A stretch of 64,000 bases of DNA from Geopsychrobacteraceae bacterium (GTDB lineage: Bacteria > Desulfobacterota > Desulfuromonadia > Desulfuromonadales > Geopsychrobacteraceae), in the NCBI GenBank assembly GCA_963676795.2, contig CAXXTB010000002.1:2418629-2482628 (forward strand), in the 5' to 3' direction. The position numbers and the translations under genes are program-made. The notes beneath the pieces are model-generated. The model was not told where the DNA came from. It did no database searches and saw only the letters and a program-made list of their open reading frames with translations. This document shows positions 8,603 through 18,100 of this stretch, one piece after another. Each line of letters opens with the position of its first letter. Within the stretch, counting starts at the first letter, position 1.

Positions 8603-10555
8603 TCAGCTGTTCGCCCTGAGATATTCATCAACCGGCAGCAGCTGCCATTGATCCTCGCTCCTGAGCTCCAGCACCAGATCATGATAGGCCAGGATACTTG
8701 GGCGGTGACCGACGCTGATATAGTGGATACCGAGTTCTTTGAGGCATTGGTAGAGACGCCCTTCGTTTTTCGTATCAAGGGCGCTGGTCGCCTCGTCAAG
8801 AACGGCAAAGCGCGGTCTGTTGATCAACAAGCGGGCAAAAGCCAACCGTTGCTGCTCGCCGAGCGAGAGCAGGTCCGCCCAGTCGAGCTCTGTGGCAAAA
8901 CCGCCGACCCGTTCGACCAGGTCGGGCAGCTGGACCAGGCCAAGAACCTCCTGAAGCTGCTCCTCGCTGATATTGTTCTCGACCCGCGGGTAGAGCAGCT
9001 GATCGCGCAGAGTACCGAGAATCATATAGGGCTTCTGGGGCAGGAAGAAGATCTCAGCGTGGGCCGGGGTGCTGATCCTCCCCTTGCCCTGCGTCCACAG
9101 CCCGGCAACAGCACGCAGCAGTGAACTTTTTCCGATCCCGCTCGGACCGACGATCAGCAGGTCCTGATCTGCGGGCAGATCCAGACTGAGATCGCGGACC
9201 AGGGTGCGACTCTGGTTCGGCGGCTGCAAAGTCAGCGCTTCAAGAGCAAAGTTCTCCCCTTCGTCCATCTGAATCCCGGCGACAGGCTGTTCTTCCGCCT
9301 CCAGGGCCTGTGAGAAACCGGAGAGACGCTGCACCCCGGCGGCAAAGTTGGTGATATCTTCAATCTGTCCGACAATCAGCGACAGCGCGCCATAGACCTG
9401 CATGAAGGCGAAGTTGGCCTGGACCATGTCGCCGTATTCGATCTGCCCCTTGAAATAGAGCGGAAAGAGAACGACAAAAGGGAGCACCATCGGCAGATAG
9501 CTGTAGGCCGTGGTGAAAAACGACAGGTTCCGCTGCCAGCCGATCAGCAGACCAAAGTTGCCGATCACCTGCCTGAAACGCGAACGGATATTACCCAGCT
9601 CGGAGGTTTCCCCCTGGTAAAAGGCAATCGATTCGGCATTGTCGCGCACGTGGATCAGGGAATAACGGAAATCGGCCTCGTAGCGCAGCTGGTTGAAGTT
9701 GAGCCTGACCAGTCGGCGGCTGATCAGCAGGGTGATCAGGGTGCCGATGACCGAATAGGCGAGAACCACGATCACCAGCAAGACCGATTTCGACCAGAGA
9801 ATCCCGGTGAAAGAGATCAAGTCCATCAGCGAACCGAGCAGGATCAGCAGAAAAGCCAGCGAGGTCCGGGTGAAGGTCCGGATATCCTCCATAATCCGCT
9901 GGTCAGGGTTGTCGATGTCGGAACGGTTTTCAATCTCGTAATAGCAACGGTTGCTGAAGTATTGAGTGACGAAGCTGTTGGTCATCCACTCCCGCCAGTG
10001 CATGCCGAGGTAATCACGGACATAGCCATAGAATGCAACGATCGGAATACCGATGAGAAAACCGCAGAAGTAGGTGATGACGAAGAAATAGGATGAACTT
10101 TCATCCTTGCTGACCAGGGCGTTGGTAAAGAAGTTGCCGATGTAGCTGAAGGCGACGTTGATCCCGGTGACCGACAGCGAGAGGAGCAGAACCACCGCCA
10201 GCAGCAGCCAGGCCCTGCCGTGGGAACGCAGCAAACGGCGCAGACCGAAAAAGACCAGCGCCGGACCGACAAGGGCGAAGATCGGGAAAACTATCGCCGC
10301 AGAATCGAAGGTGGAGCGGACGGTCTCCGTCAGGCCATGAGCCAGCCGCGCAGTCAGCGCCGGGGCCAGACTATCGCTCACCAGGACCACGCCAGAGACG
10401 AGCAAAAACAGCAGACCGAACAGGAAGATCAGCATCAACAGCATCAGCAGCAGGGTCAGACGACCACCATAGCGATTGCGTTCAAAAAAATAGGGGTAAG
10501 CGATGGCGATAAAACGGCGCCACAAAAAACGGTCCCTGGGATCTTTGGCAGTCAT
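8603..10555 (-). CDS. fused ABC transporter permease/ATPase, ABCD/YddA (SbmA/BacA-like membrane domain) family
   Basis: DNPDQRI, EADFRYSLIHVRDNAESIAFY, Walker A GPSGIGKS, LSLGEQQR, LDEATSALD, SVGHR. Confidence 0.92.
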   Translation of the reverse strand: MTAKDPRDRFLWRRFIAIAYPYFFERNRYGGRLTLLLMLLMLIFLFGLLFLLVSGVVLVSDSLAPALTARLAHGLTETVRSTFDSAAIVFPIFALVGPALVFFGLRRLLRSHGRAWLLLAVVLLLSLSVTGINVAFSYIGNFFTNALVSKDESSSYFFVITYFCGFLIGIPIVAFYGYVRDYLGMHWREWMTNSFVTQYFSNRCYYEIENRSDIDNPDQRIMEDIRTFTRTSLAFLLILLGSLMDLISFTGILWSKSVLLVIVVLAYSVIGTLITLLISRRLVRLNFNQLRYEADFRYSLIHVRDNAESIAFYQGETSELGNIRSRFRQVIGNFGLLIGWQRNLSFFTTAYSYLPMVLPFVVLFPLYFKGQIEYGDMVQANFAFMQVYGALSLIVGQIEDITNFAAGVQRLSGFSQALEAEEQPVAGIQMDEGENFALEALTLQPPNQSRTLVRDLSLDLPADQDLLIVGPSGIGKSSLLRAVAGLWTQGKGRISTPAHAEIFFLPQKPYMILGTLRDQLLYPRVENNISEEQLQEVLGLVQLPDLVERVGGFATELDWADLLSLGEQQRLAFARLLINRPRFAVLDEATSALDTKNEGRLYQCLKELGIHYISVGHRPSILAYHDLVLELRSEDQWQLLPVDEYLRANS

Positions 10556-10800
10556 GGCATACTCACAGCGGGTCAGATCGGTTGTTGGTCATGGTGGTCC
10601 ACTATACTCCGTTCAGAGGAGATACAACAGCCTTTCAGGAACAGAAATCTTGCACTGCCAGAAAGAAGCGGCCTTGCAACGTCCCCTCCTTCCTGTTTAG
10701 CCACCGAAAAAATAGTTTTTCATAAGATGTGTTTTAAAAGTCGCAAAGCACCAGTCTTTTCAGTAATATATGACCTTATCAGGACGAGACAGATGCCGTC

Positions 10801-11490
10801 ATGGCAGAATCCGGCCAGACAGGACAGACAGGACCTGGCGAAGCGCCAGGATATGTTCAGGTGCGCATCAGTGATGATGGCGTCGGCTTTTCCAAAGAAA
10901 CCCTGGCACACGCCTTCACCCCCTTTTTCACCACCAAGAAGAAAACTATCGGCACGGGGCTGGGCCTGACCATGGTCCACAACACCATCTCGCAGCACCA
11001 GGGACAGATTGTTATCGAATCGGAACAGAATCGAGGAACTGACGTCAGTATCTACCTGCCCATCCCGGAAGAAGCGGAGCAGCAACAAGAAGCGGCTCAG
11101 CAGTCGCCAGAGACTCCACGGTTCACATGCAGCATCCTGCTCGCGGATGACAACCCGGCGATCATCGAAACCCTCGGTTCTGGCCTCGAAAGTTTTGGTC
11201 ACAGGATCATAACGGCTCAGAACGGGCAGGAACTGATCGAACAGTATCAGCAAGCAGCGGAGGAAATCGACCTGATCATTTCTGATCTTGAAATGCCGCT
11301 CATCTCCGGGGATGAAGCTTTCTACAAAATCAGAGAGATCAATCCCGAAGCGAAGTTCATAATGACATCCGGCTTTCTTGAGGATGAACGGGTCCAGAAA
11401 GCGCTGAAGGCGGGAGCTGCCGGGTTCATTCCCAAACCCTGCAAACTTGAGGTACTGCTGCAAAAAATAGAGTTCTGCCTGCAAGCATAG
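10801..11490 (+). pseudogene. N-terminally truncated hybrid histidine kinase (partial HATPase plus intact receiver domain)
   Basis: Has DDGVG, PFFTTK, GTGLGL and a receiver (LADDN, SDLEMP, PKP) but no H-box or N-box. An in-frame TGA at 10771 blocks extension. Confidence 0.65.
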
Positions 11491-11590
11491 GGTTAGTCAG
11501 TTGCATACATTAACCCGCCTCCGCGAGAGGGGGGAGCGAAGTGTCGGGTTGAGGGGAATGCCCAGAAAAGGCCTTTTCCCCCGCGAAGAT

Positions 11591-12175
11591 TTACTGGGCA
11601 GCCATCTCCAGGACTTTTTTCTCCATCAGGGCAAAGAGGCCGTCATAACCATCCCGCCGGATTATTTCGCTGTAGGTCGAGCTGTAATTTTTGATCAGGC
11701 TGACACCATCAATAACCAGATCAAAGACCTGCCAGCGGTCAGTTCCGTAGATCAGTCGGTACTGAACAGGAATCTCGAGATCGTTGGATTTGATAACCGT
11801 ATCGATAATCGCCTTGTCGTCCTTGACCCGCTTTTTGACAAACAGCACCGAACCGCTGGAATAATCATCGACCTTGTTCAGGTAGGTCCCCTCCATCACT
11901 TTGACGAACAGACGTTCGAAATGTTGCCGCTGTTCTACGGACGCACTGTCCCAGTAGCTTCCGAGAGTCCGGCGCGACATCGACTCGATATCGAGAAAAT
12001 CCTGAACCTGGGTACTGATCCGGGCTTTTTTGTCTGCCAGTGATATGTCCTTGTTTTTCAGGACCGCCAGAACGGTATTGACAACTTTTTCTACTTCGAC
12101 CTGAGGATCAGAAAGAGCGAAGGCTGCGGGAGAAATGAACAACAGCAGCACAAAGCCGAACAACAAACTTTTCAT
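11591..12175 (-). CDS. mlaC: phospholipid-binding periplasmic protein MlaC/Ttg2D
   Basis: Signal peptide, MSRRTLGSYW, WQVFDLVIDGVSLIKNY. Confidence 0.88.
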   Translation of the reverse strand: MKSLLFGFVLLLFISPAAFALSDPQVEVEKVVNTVLAVLKNKDISLADKKARISTQVQDFLDIESMSRRTLGSYWDSASVEQRQHFERLFVKVMEGTYLNKVDDYSSGSVLFVKKRVKDDKAIIDTVIKSNDLEIPVQYRLIYGTDRWQVFDLVIDGVSLIKNYSSTYSEIIRRDGYDGLFALMEKKVLEMAAQ

Positions 12176-12176
12176 C

Positions 12177-13076
12177 CTAATGAACTCCAAACCAGTCAAG
12201 TGGATTTAACCAGTCTCCGTCAAACAACGGACCACTGAAAATATTCAGATTGTAGCCATTCTTGCCGACCTGGGCGAGGCGTCTCTGGGCGTACGCCGAA
12301 CGGATAAACAGGTACGGATCGAGGGAATCCCTGACAATCCCTTCGTAGGTATCCTGATCGAGAGAAAGACGGTTTTCGACATCCAGGGTCTTGATTCCGA
12401 CATACTCAAAAGACTCAAGATCGGAATAACGCAGAGGATCGGCATATGAATCGACAAAGCTGCCGGTAGCATCACGCAGGCTGGATGGCCCGACGATCGG
12501 CAGAACCAGGTAAAAACCGTGGCCAAAACCGTAAAAGCCGAGGGTCTGACCAAAATCTTCAATTGTCGGCTTGACCCCGGCATAAGAGTCGGCCACATCA
12601 AACAGGCCAGCGACACCAAAGGTCGAGTTGATCACAAAGCGATAGACTTCCGTGCCAAAATCACGAAATTTAAACTGCAGCAGACAGTTGCCGATTCGAA
12701 CTGGTGATCCCAGATTGAAAAAGAAATTCTTCACCGAAACCCGGGCTGGTCTTGGCACGACCCGGAAGCCTCTGGCAACGGGCTTGATCGCGTAAAAGTA
12801 AAGCTTGTCATTGACCCAGAAAACACCGCGGTTGAACGGCTCCAGCGGGTCGGCGATCAAAGCCTCCTGATGATAGACGTCCCGCTCCGAATCCGGCTCA
12901 CTAAAGGCACTTTCAAAATCGTCCCAGTCATCTTCCTGGGCACGACTGACCAGGACGACTTCCTCACCCCGACCCGCTTCAGCAGCTGCCGCCGGCAAAG
13001 GGGCCGCCTGCAGTAAAAACAGCAGACACAGCACTACAGAAAGACAGAACATCATTATTTTTTTCATGCCACTCAT
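12177..13076 (-). CDS. mlaA: MlaA/VacJ family outer-membrane lipid asymmetry protein
   Basis: DPLEPFNR, INSTFGVAGLFDVA, EDFGQTLG, YLVLPIVGPSSLRD, DPYLFIRSAY. Confidence 0.9.
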   Translation of the reverse strand: MSGMKKIMMFCLSVVLCLLFLLQAAPLPAAAAEAGRGEEVVLVSRAQEDDWDDFESAFSEPDSERDVYHQEALIADPLEPFNRGVFWVNDKLYFYAIKPVARGFRVVPRPARVSVKNFFFNLGSPVRIGNCLLQFKFRDFGTEVYRFVINSTFGVAGLFDVADSYAGVKPTIEDFGQTLGFYGFGHGFYLVLPIVGPSSLRDATGSFVDSYADPLRYSDLESFEYVGIKTLDVENRLSLDQDTYEGIVRDSLDPYLFIRSAYAQRRLAQVGKNGYNLNIFSGPLFDGDWLNPLDWFGVH

Positions 13077-13687
13077 CTCTTCTCTGTCATTATCAGAAAG
13101 GGAGCCTGCGATCTGTTGCAGATACGTATCTGTACAACCTGAAAGCTCTGCGGATCAAGCTCTGAAAAAAAACGACTGACTTCTGCAGCCTCTTTGTCCC
13201 CCCCTGCGTGAGCAGGATAGACGACAATCGCCATCCGCCCTCCGCTGGTCAGCGCCGCACAGCAGGACGACAATGCCCTGAGCGTCGTTTCCGGCCGGGT
13301 GATCAGGTTCTGATCGCCGCCGGGCAGATAACCCAGATTGGCGATGATAGCGGCAGGGGCCCCCGGCAGCAGAGCAGCGATCTCGGCATGATCGATCTGA
13401 ACCAGATCGATACCCGCTTGTGCCGGCAGCGCACCTCCCCCCAGATGGCGCCGGCAGCTCAATCCGGCGTCAGCAAGACGAGCCTCCGTCGCATCCAGTG
13501 CCTGGCGCTGGATATCGCAGGCGACAACCTGCCCGCTAAGACCTCCCATCCGGCTCAGGGCAAGGGTATCGTGCCCGTTTCCGGCCGTCAGGTCGACGAG
13601 CAGGTCGCCTTCAGTGACGACCTCAGAGAGCAACCGGTGCCCCCAGTGGATCACATTGGCCAGATTCAGATCAGCTTTTCGCGACAT
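13073..13687 (-). CDS. class I SAM-dependent methyltransferase, YtqB/MnmM-like
   Basis: VDLTAGNGHDTL, DIQRQAL, NLGYLPGGD, ITRPETT, VYPAHAGG. Confidence 0.82.
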   Translation of the reverse strand: MSRKADLNLANVIHWGHRLLSEVVTEGDLLVDLTAGNGHDTLALSRMGGLSGQVVACDIQRQALDATEARLADAGLSCRRHLGGGALPAQAGIDLVQIDHAEIAALLPGAPAAIIANLGYLPGGDQNLITRPETTLRALSSCCAALTSGGRMAIVVYPAHAGGDKEAAEVSRFFSELDPQSFQVVQIRICNRSQAPFLIMTEKR

Positions 13688-14111
13688 CCAGTTTTGCCTC
13701 AATCAGTTGACGGTGGGACAGGCCGATCAGGGCACCAAGCTGGCGCATAAGCGCCTCCTCAAAATGATCGAGGCGACCGTCGGCGTAGACCAATTGCCAG
13801 ACAGCCCTGATGATCCGCTCTTTTTCCGGCTGCGAAAACGACCTGTTGATATCCCGGGTAAACTGATGCAGATCGGAACTCTGCTGACGTCTCTGCTCGG
13901 CCAGAATCAGCAATTCATTGACAGAATCTTCGGAAACCTGAAAGTGCTGCTGCAACAGTTGGCCGATCAATTCACTTTCGTTATCATGAAACTCACCATC
14001 GCTGTGAGCCACTTCCAGCAGCAACACGGCGGCGGCCAGCGGAATCCGTTCAAAATCCCGGGTGCTGTCGTCCGCCCCCGGCGCAAAGACCTGTATTAAT
14101 CTCTTCAACAT
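13671..14111 (-). CDS. TerB family protein
   Basis: LAAAVLLLEVAHSDG, DLHQFT, WQLVYADGRLDHFEE. Confidence 0.85.
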   Translation of the reverse strand: MLKRLIQVFAPGADDSTRDFERIPLAAAVLLLEVAHSDGEFHDNESELIGQLLQQHFQVSEDSVNELLILAEQRRQQSSDLHQFTRDINRSFSQPEKERIIRAVWQLVYADGRLDHFEEALMRQLGALIGLSHRQLIEAKLDVAKS

Positions 14112-14297
14112 GGAAATTCCTGTTTTTCTGTAAACCTCTGCCTGAGAAACATTATCTTCGACAATTTAGCAGAGATTCTATCACGACTGAACCCATTCAT
14201 TAAAATTGTCATGAACCTGGCTCCATCCAGGCAAACATCAGCCCGATCAAACACGCAGAAAAATACACCGGACCCGGCGGTTCTCAGACCAAGAAGA

Positions 14298-14326
14298 TTG
14301 ACAAACCCCCCAAGATTCCGTAGCTT
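14298..14326 (+). promoter_or_regulatory. putative sigma70 promoter of bamD
   Basis: TTGACA-N17-TAGCTT, 38 bp upstream of the ATG. Confidence 0.55.
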
Positions 14327-14364
14327 CTTGTGACGATAACTGAATTGATGGCAAAGGGAAATCC

Positions 14365-15108
14365 ATGACCAAATTTTTTCGGGCTGTTTTTTTTCTATCT
14401 TTCATTCTGCTGCTGGCAGCATGTGGCACCAAGGTCAAGCCGCAGCCGACAGCGGAAGAACAGTTACAACAGGCGGAACGCTACACCGACGCAGGTCTTT
14501 ACGATCAGGCCATCACAGCCTGGGAAGGCGTCCGTGACACCTTCTACTCTCCAGACCTGAGCATGCTGGCCGAAATCAAGATTGCCGACATCTACTACAC
14601 CGATAAACGTTACGATGAAGCCGCAGTCGCTTACGAAGCCTTCATCAAGCAGTATCCCCAGGATTTCCGTATTGCCGAACTGCTCTACAAGCAGGGCATG
14701 AGCTACTACAACCAGATCCTTTCCGCCGACCGTGATCAGACCAGCACCGAAAACGCGCTCAAATCCTTCGAGCGGATGAACCGGGAGTTTCCGGCCAATC
14801 CACATAGTCAGGAAGCGGAAAACCTGATGCTGCGCTGCCGGACAAGACTGGCTGATCACGAAGTATACGTCGGCTGGTTCTATCTGCGAACCAAAAAATA
14901 TCAGCCGGCCATCAAGCGTCTGGAAGCGGCGCTGAACGGCTTTCCGGACTACTATTACCGCAACGAGGCCTACTACTACCTGATCAAGGCCTACATTGCG
15001 ACCGATGATCTTGACAAGGCGCTGGAAACCTACCAGAAACTCGCCGATCAGTATCCGCACAGTGATGAAACCCTGAGCGCCAGAAAATTGCTCGACAACC
15101 TTTCCTGA
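14365..15108 (+). CDS. bamD: outer membrane protein assembly factor BamD
   Basis: Lipobox LAAC, TPR repeats, DRDQT, LADHEVYVGWFY. Confidence 0.9.
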   Translation: MTKFFRAVFFLSFILLLAACGTKVKPQPTAEEQLQQAERYTDAGLYDQAITAWEGVRDTFYSPDLSMLAEIKIADIYYTDKRYDEAAVAYEAFIKQYPQDFRIAELLYKQGMSYYNQILSADRDQTSTENALKSFERMNREFPANPHSQEAENLMLRCRTRLADHEVYVGWFYLRTKKYQPAIKRLEAALNGFPDYYYRNEAYYYLIKAYIATDDLDKALETYQKLADQYPHSDETLSARKLLDNLS

Positions 15109-15136
15109 GAAAGGAATAGCCTCTGGGCAAGATAAT

Positions 15137-15178
15137 AAAAAGAAGGTCCTGCCGATTAAACGGCAGGACCTTCTTTTT
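15137..15178. terminator. bidirectional intrinsic terminator between bamD and mshQ
   Basis: AAAAGAAGGTCCTGCCG-attaaa-CGGCAGGACCTTCTTTT, a perfect stem flanked by A and T runs. Confidence 0.9.
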
Positions 15179-15182
15179 CGTT

Positions 15183-18100
15183 TTACCAGAGCGATTCGCG
15201 CATGTAGATCAGTTTTTCATTCCCTTTGTAAATACCGAAACTCGCCCGAGCCGTCGGATCTGTGCCATCCTTCTGGCGCAACCAGTGGTAAGCACTCAGG
15301 TCATACTGCAGTTTGACGCTCCCCTCGTGAGAAGCCAGCGGTGCCGACAGGCTGATCGCCTGGGAGCGGCCCAAAGACAGGGCTCCGCCGCCGCCAGGGG
15401 TTGTATCGCCCGCAACCAGGGTGCCGGCATAGTCAGAAAGGATCAGATTTGCACTCGAGACGGCGGTGCTGCTGTCGGCGATATTCTGAACAAAGGCGCT
15501 GCCGTTGAAATATTCGACCAGAACCGGGATGGTCAGATCCATGGTTTCCGGCCCATAGGCGTTCTGCACCAACAGCTGCCCGTAACGCTGCTCGGTCCCG
15601 CTAATGGCGGAAATGCTATAGGCATCACAGGTTCCGTCGGGTTCCGCATCGTAACAAACCGCGTCGGAATCGGTCAGATCAGCGGTCGCTAGAGTCAGAT
15701 CGATATTGGTGCTCAGCGGTCCTTCGGCAACTGCTGTCTTCACATAGCTCAGATATTCCCCGGTTAGCGACACCTGACCTACTCCGTCATAGTCCCCGGT
15801 CCCGCTCCAGCTGACGGCACCGGATGTCGTGACCGCAAGCCCACCGAGAGATCCGCTATTGTCCTGATAGCTGCGCTGGGTCAGCGCTGAATTGAGGTGC
15901 CAGAAGTCTACGCCGTAGTTGCTTGTGATCCCACCGCTACGGTTGCGCGCAGTCAGGGTCCAACGCGGTGGCACCAGGTAGCTAAACGGCTGCCCCAGAT
16001 AAGTAAAGCTGCCGTTGGCATCAGCAAAGCTCGGGCCGTTATCGGCAAGCGAGAAATAGGCCGGGATGAAACGGCCGACATTTTCGCTGGTATTGCCTGT
16101 CACATTGCCGCTGCCCAGGTAGTTGCCGTCTGCCACCTGCGGGGACAGAGTGATGATGCCAACCTCTCCCCAGCTGAACTGGCCACAGGCGTAACCTGCG
16201 CGAATGGTGCCGGCACAATCGCTGCCAAAGGCATTGAAACTACCGGCGATGCCTGGGTTGCTCTGACCGGCAGGAGCAACCAGGATTGCACTCAGACCAA
16301 CGCTTTCAGGCGTCACCTCGCGCCCATAATTCGGAGCAGCATCCCCGTTGGCATTGCGGGCAGCGACCTCGACATCAAAGTTATCCCCGGCACGGGTCAG
16401 CACCCCGCCAAGAGCATCTGTCGCCACCGGACTGGGGTTCGCGGGAATGGTCAGGTCAAAATGATCCGGCCGGGTGATGAAACTGTCATTGCCGGTCATC
16501 ACCAGCCCGTCATCTCCGTTTGCCACAGAGCCGGCATAACTGGCCGTCAGGGTGATCTGGCCCACGTCTACATAGCTCACATCGAGCGCCGCCTCACCAT
16601 TTGCGTCGAAGCCGAGGGCAAGGCCGGTCCCGCCACTGGCTATAGAATTGCTGTTTACACTGACCGGCAGAGTCCCACTGGTCGGGTTATCGTAAGAGGA
16701 CGAAAATGTCAGGTTGCGGGTCACTCCAGAAAAACCGGGGACGCACTGCTGGGTCGTGACATCGGTTCGCACTGCAGAGAGCGTCACCGACTGAGATGTC
16801 GCGGCGACGTGGTCGGGAACATCGAAGATAAATCCGGAGTCATAGAATTCCATGGAACAATCGGCCTGCTCCGTAGCCCCGATAAAACAGCGTGGACTAT
16901 CATCAGCGACAAAGTCACTGCTACTGCCGACAATATTGAAACTGACAGTACCAGGTGTCATCGAACGAAGATAGGCGTTGTTGCTGAGATCACTCAGGAA
17001 AGCCTGAGTCGAACTCCAGCCGCTACTGGTTGTCAATACGGCTGAGGCCTGACCGGCGTAGGTCACAGTACAGTCAGCATCCATGCAGGCCTGAACGCTG
17101 ACATATTCCGGGCTGCAGGTCAGCCCCGAACCGTCGTGATAGATCCGGTAATGATCGATCGTATTGTAACTGCCCATATAGGTCGCACAGACCTGCAGGT
17201 TGTCAATCTCGTGAATGTTCCTTGAACCGCCGGTCGAACCGGTCATCGAGAACAGCCAATTGGTTGGTACCGCAGCTTGGTTGGTTTGTGCCATGGCATC
17301 GTAAGGACCGACGATCGTCTGATAGCCGCTGCCGTCATTGATATCTCGATCTATTGTGACCCAGGCATGGCTATTATCAGTATGATCGACGGTCACCCGG
17401 TAACGATGACCATAGGCGGCCGTTGTACTCCCTGAATTATCGATGCCGACCCCCGTTGCGACTCTTAAATCACCACTGTTCCCATGCAGGAGATAACCGA
17501 TCATTCCCGCCCCGGAACCACGAACCGTTACCGAATCAAGAACTCGAGCTGTAGGAGCACCCCCGTCACCACGCCCTTCGTTATCATTGGCGAAGTTACC
17601 GTACTCATCGATGGCCATCCCCAGCCAGCCCCCCGTAAACCCGCTCTGCCCGGAACGCTGAGCGTAGCCCAGAGAGCCACCATAACCACCCGGCACCGGT
17701 GTTATCGAGGCGTCGGACAACACGACAGTCATACCGTCGGCACCTGAACCGTTGTAGGCATACTGATCGAACTCATAGACGATTTTGTTTCCGGCACCGG
17801 GAAACAGCCGTAACAGCGATGCGACAGTGGCGACATAGGTTGAGGAATCAGTCAGGCGCAAGCGATTGTTGACAATGCGCGGAACCCCAAAACTTCCGTA
17901 GCGGCTCGACACAGCCCAGTCACTGCCCAGATCGGTCCGGTTGAAGTCATCGTTGAAGCAGGTCAATTGACAGCTGTGAGTTTCCGTTCGTAACACATCG
18001 ATGTCAGCAGCAGTCAGAGCACCGGAATGCACTCTGACCTCATCAATATTCCCTTCAAAATGATAGCCGGACTCTCCGGACGCATCATTCTCTCCGCCAA

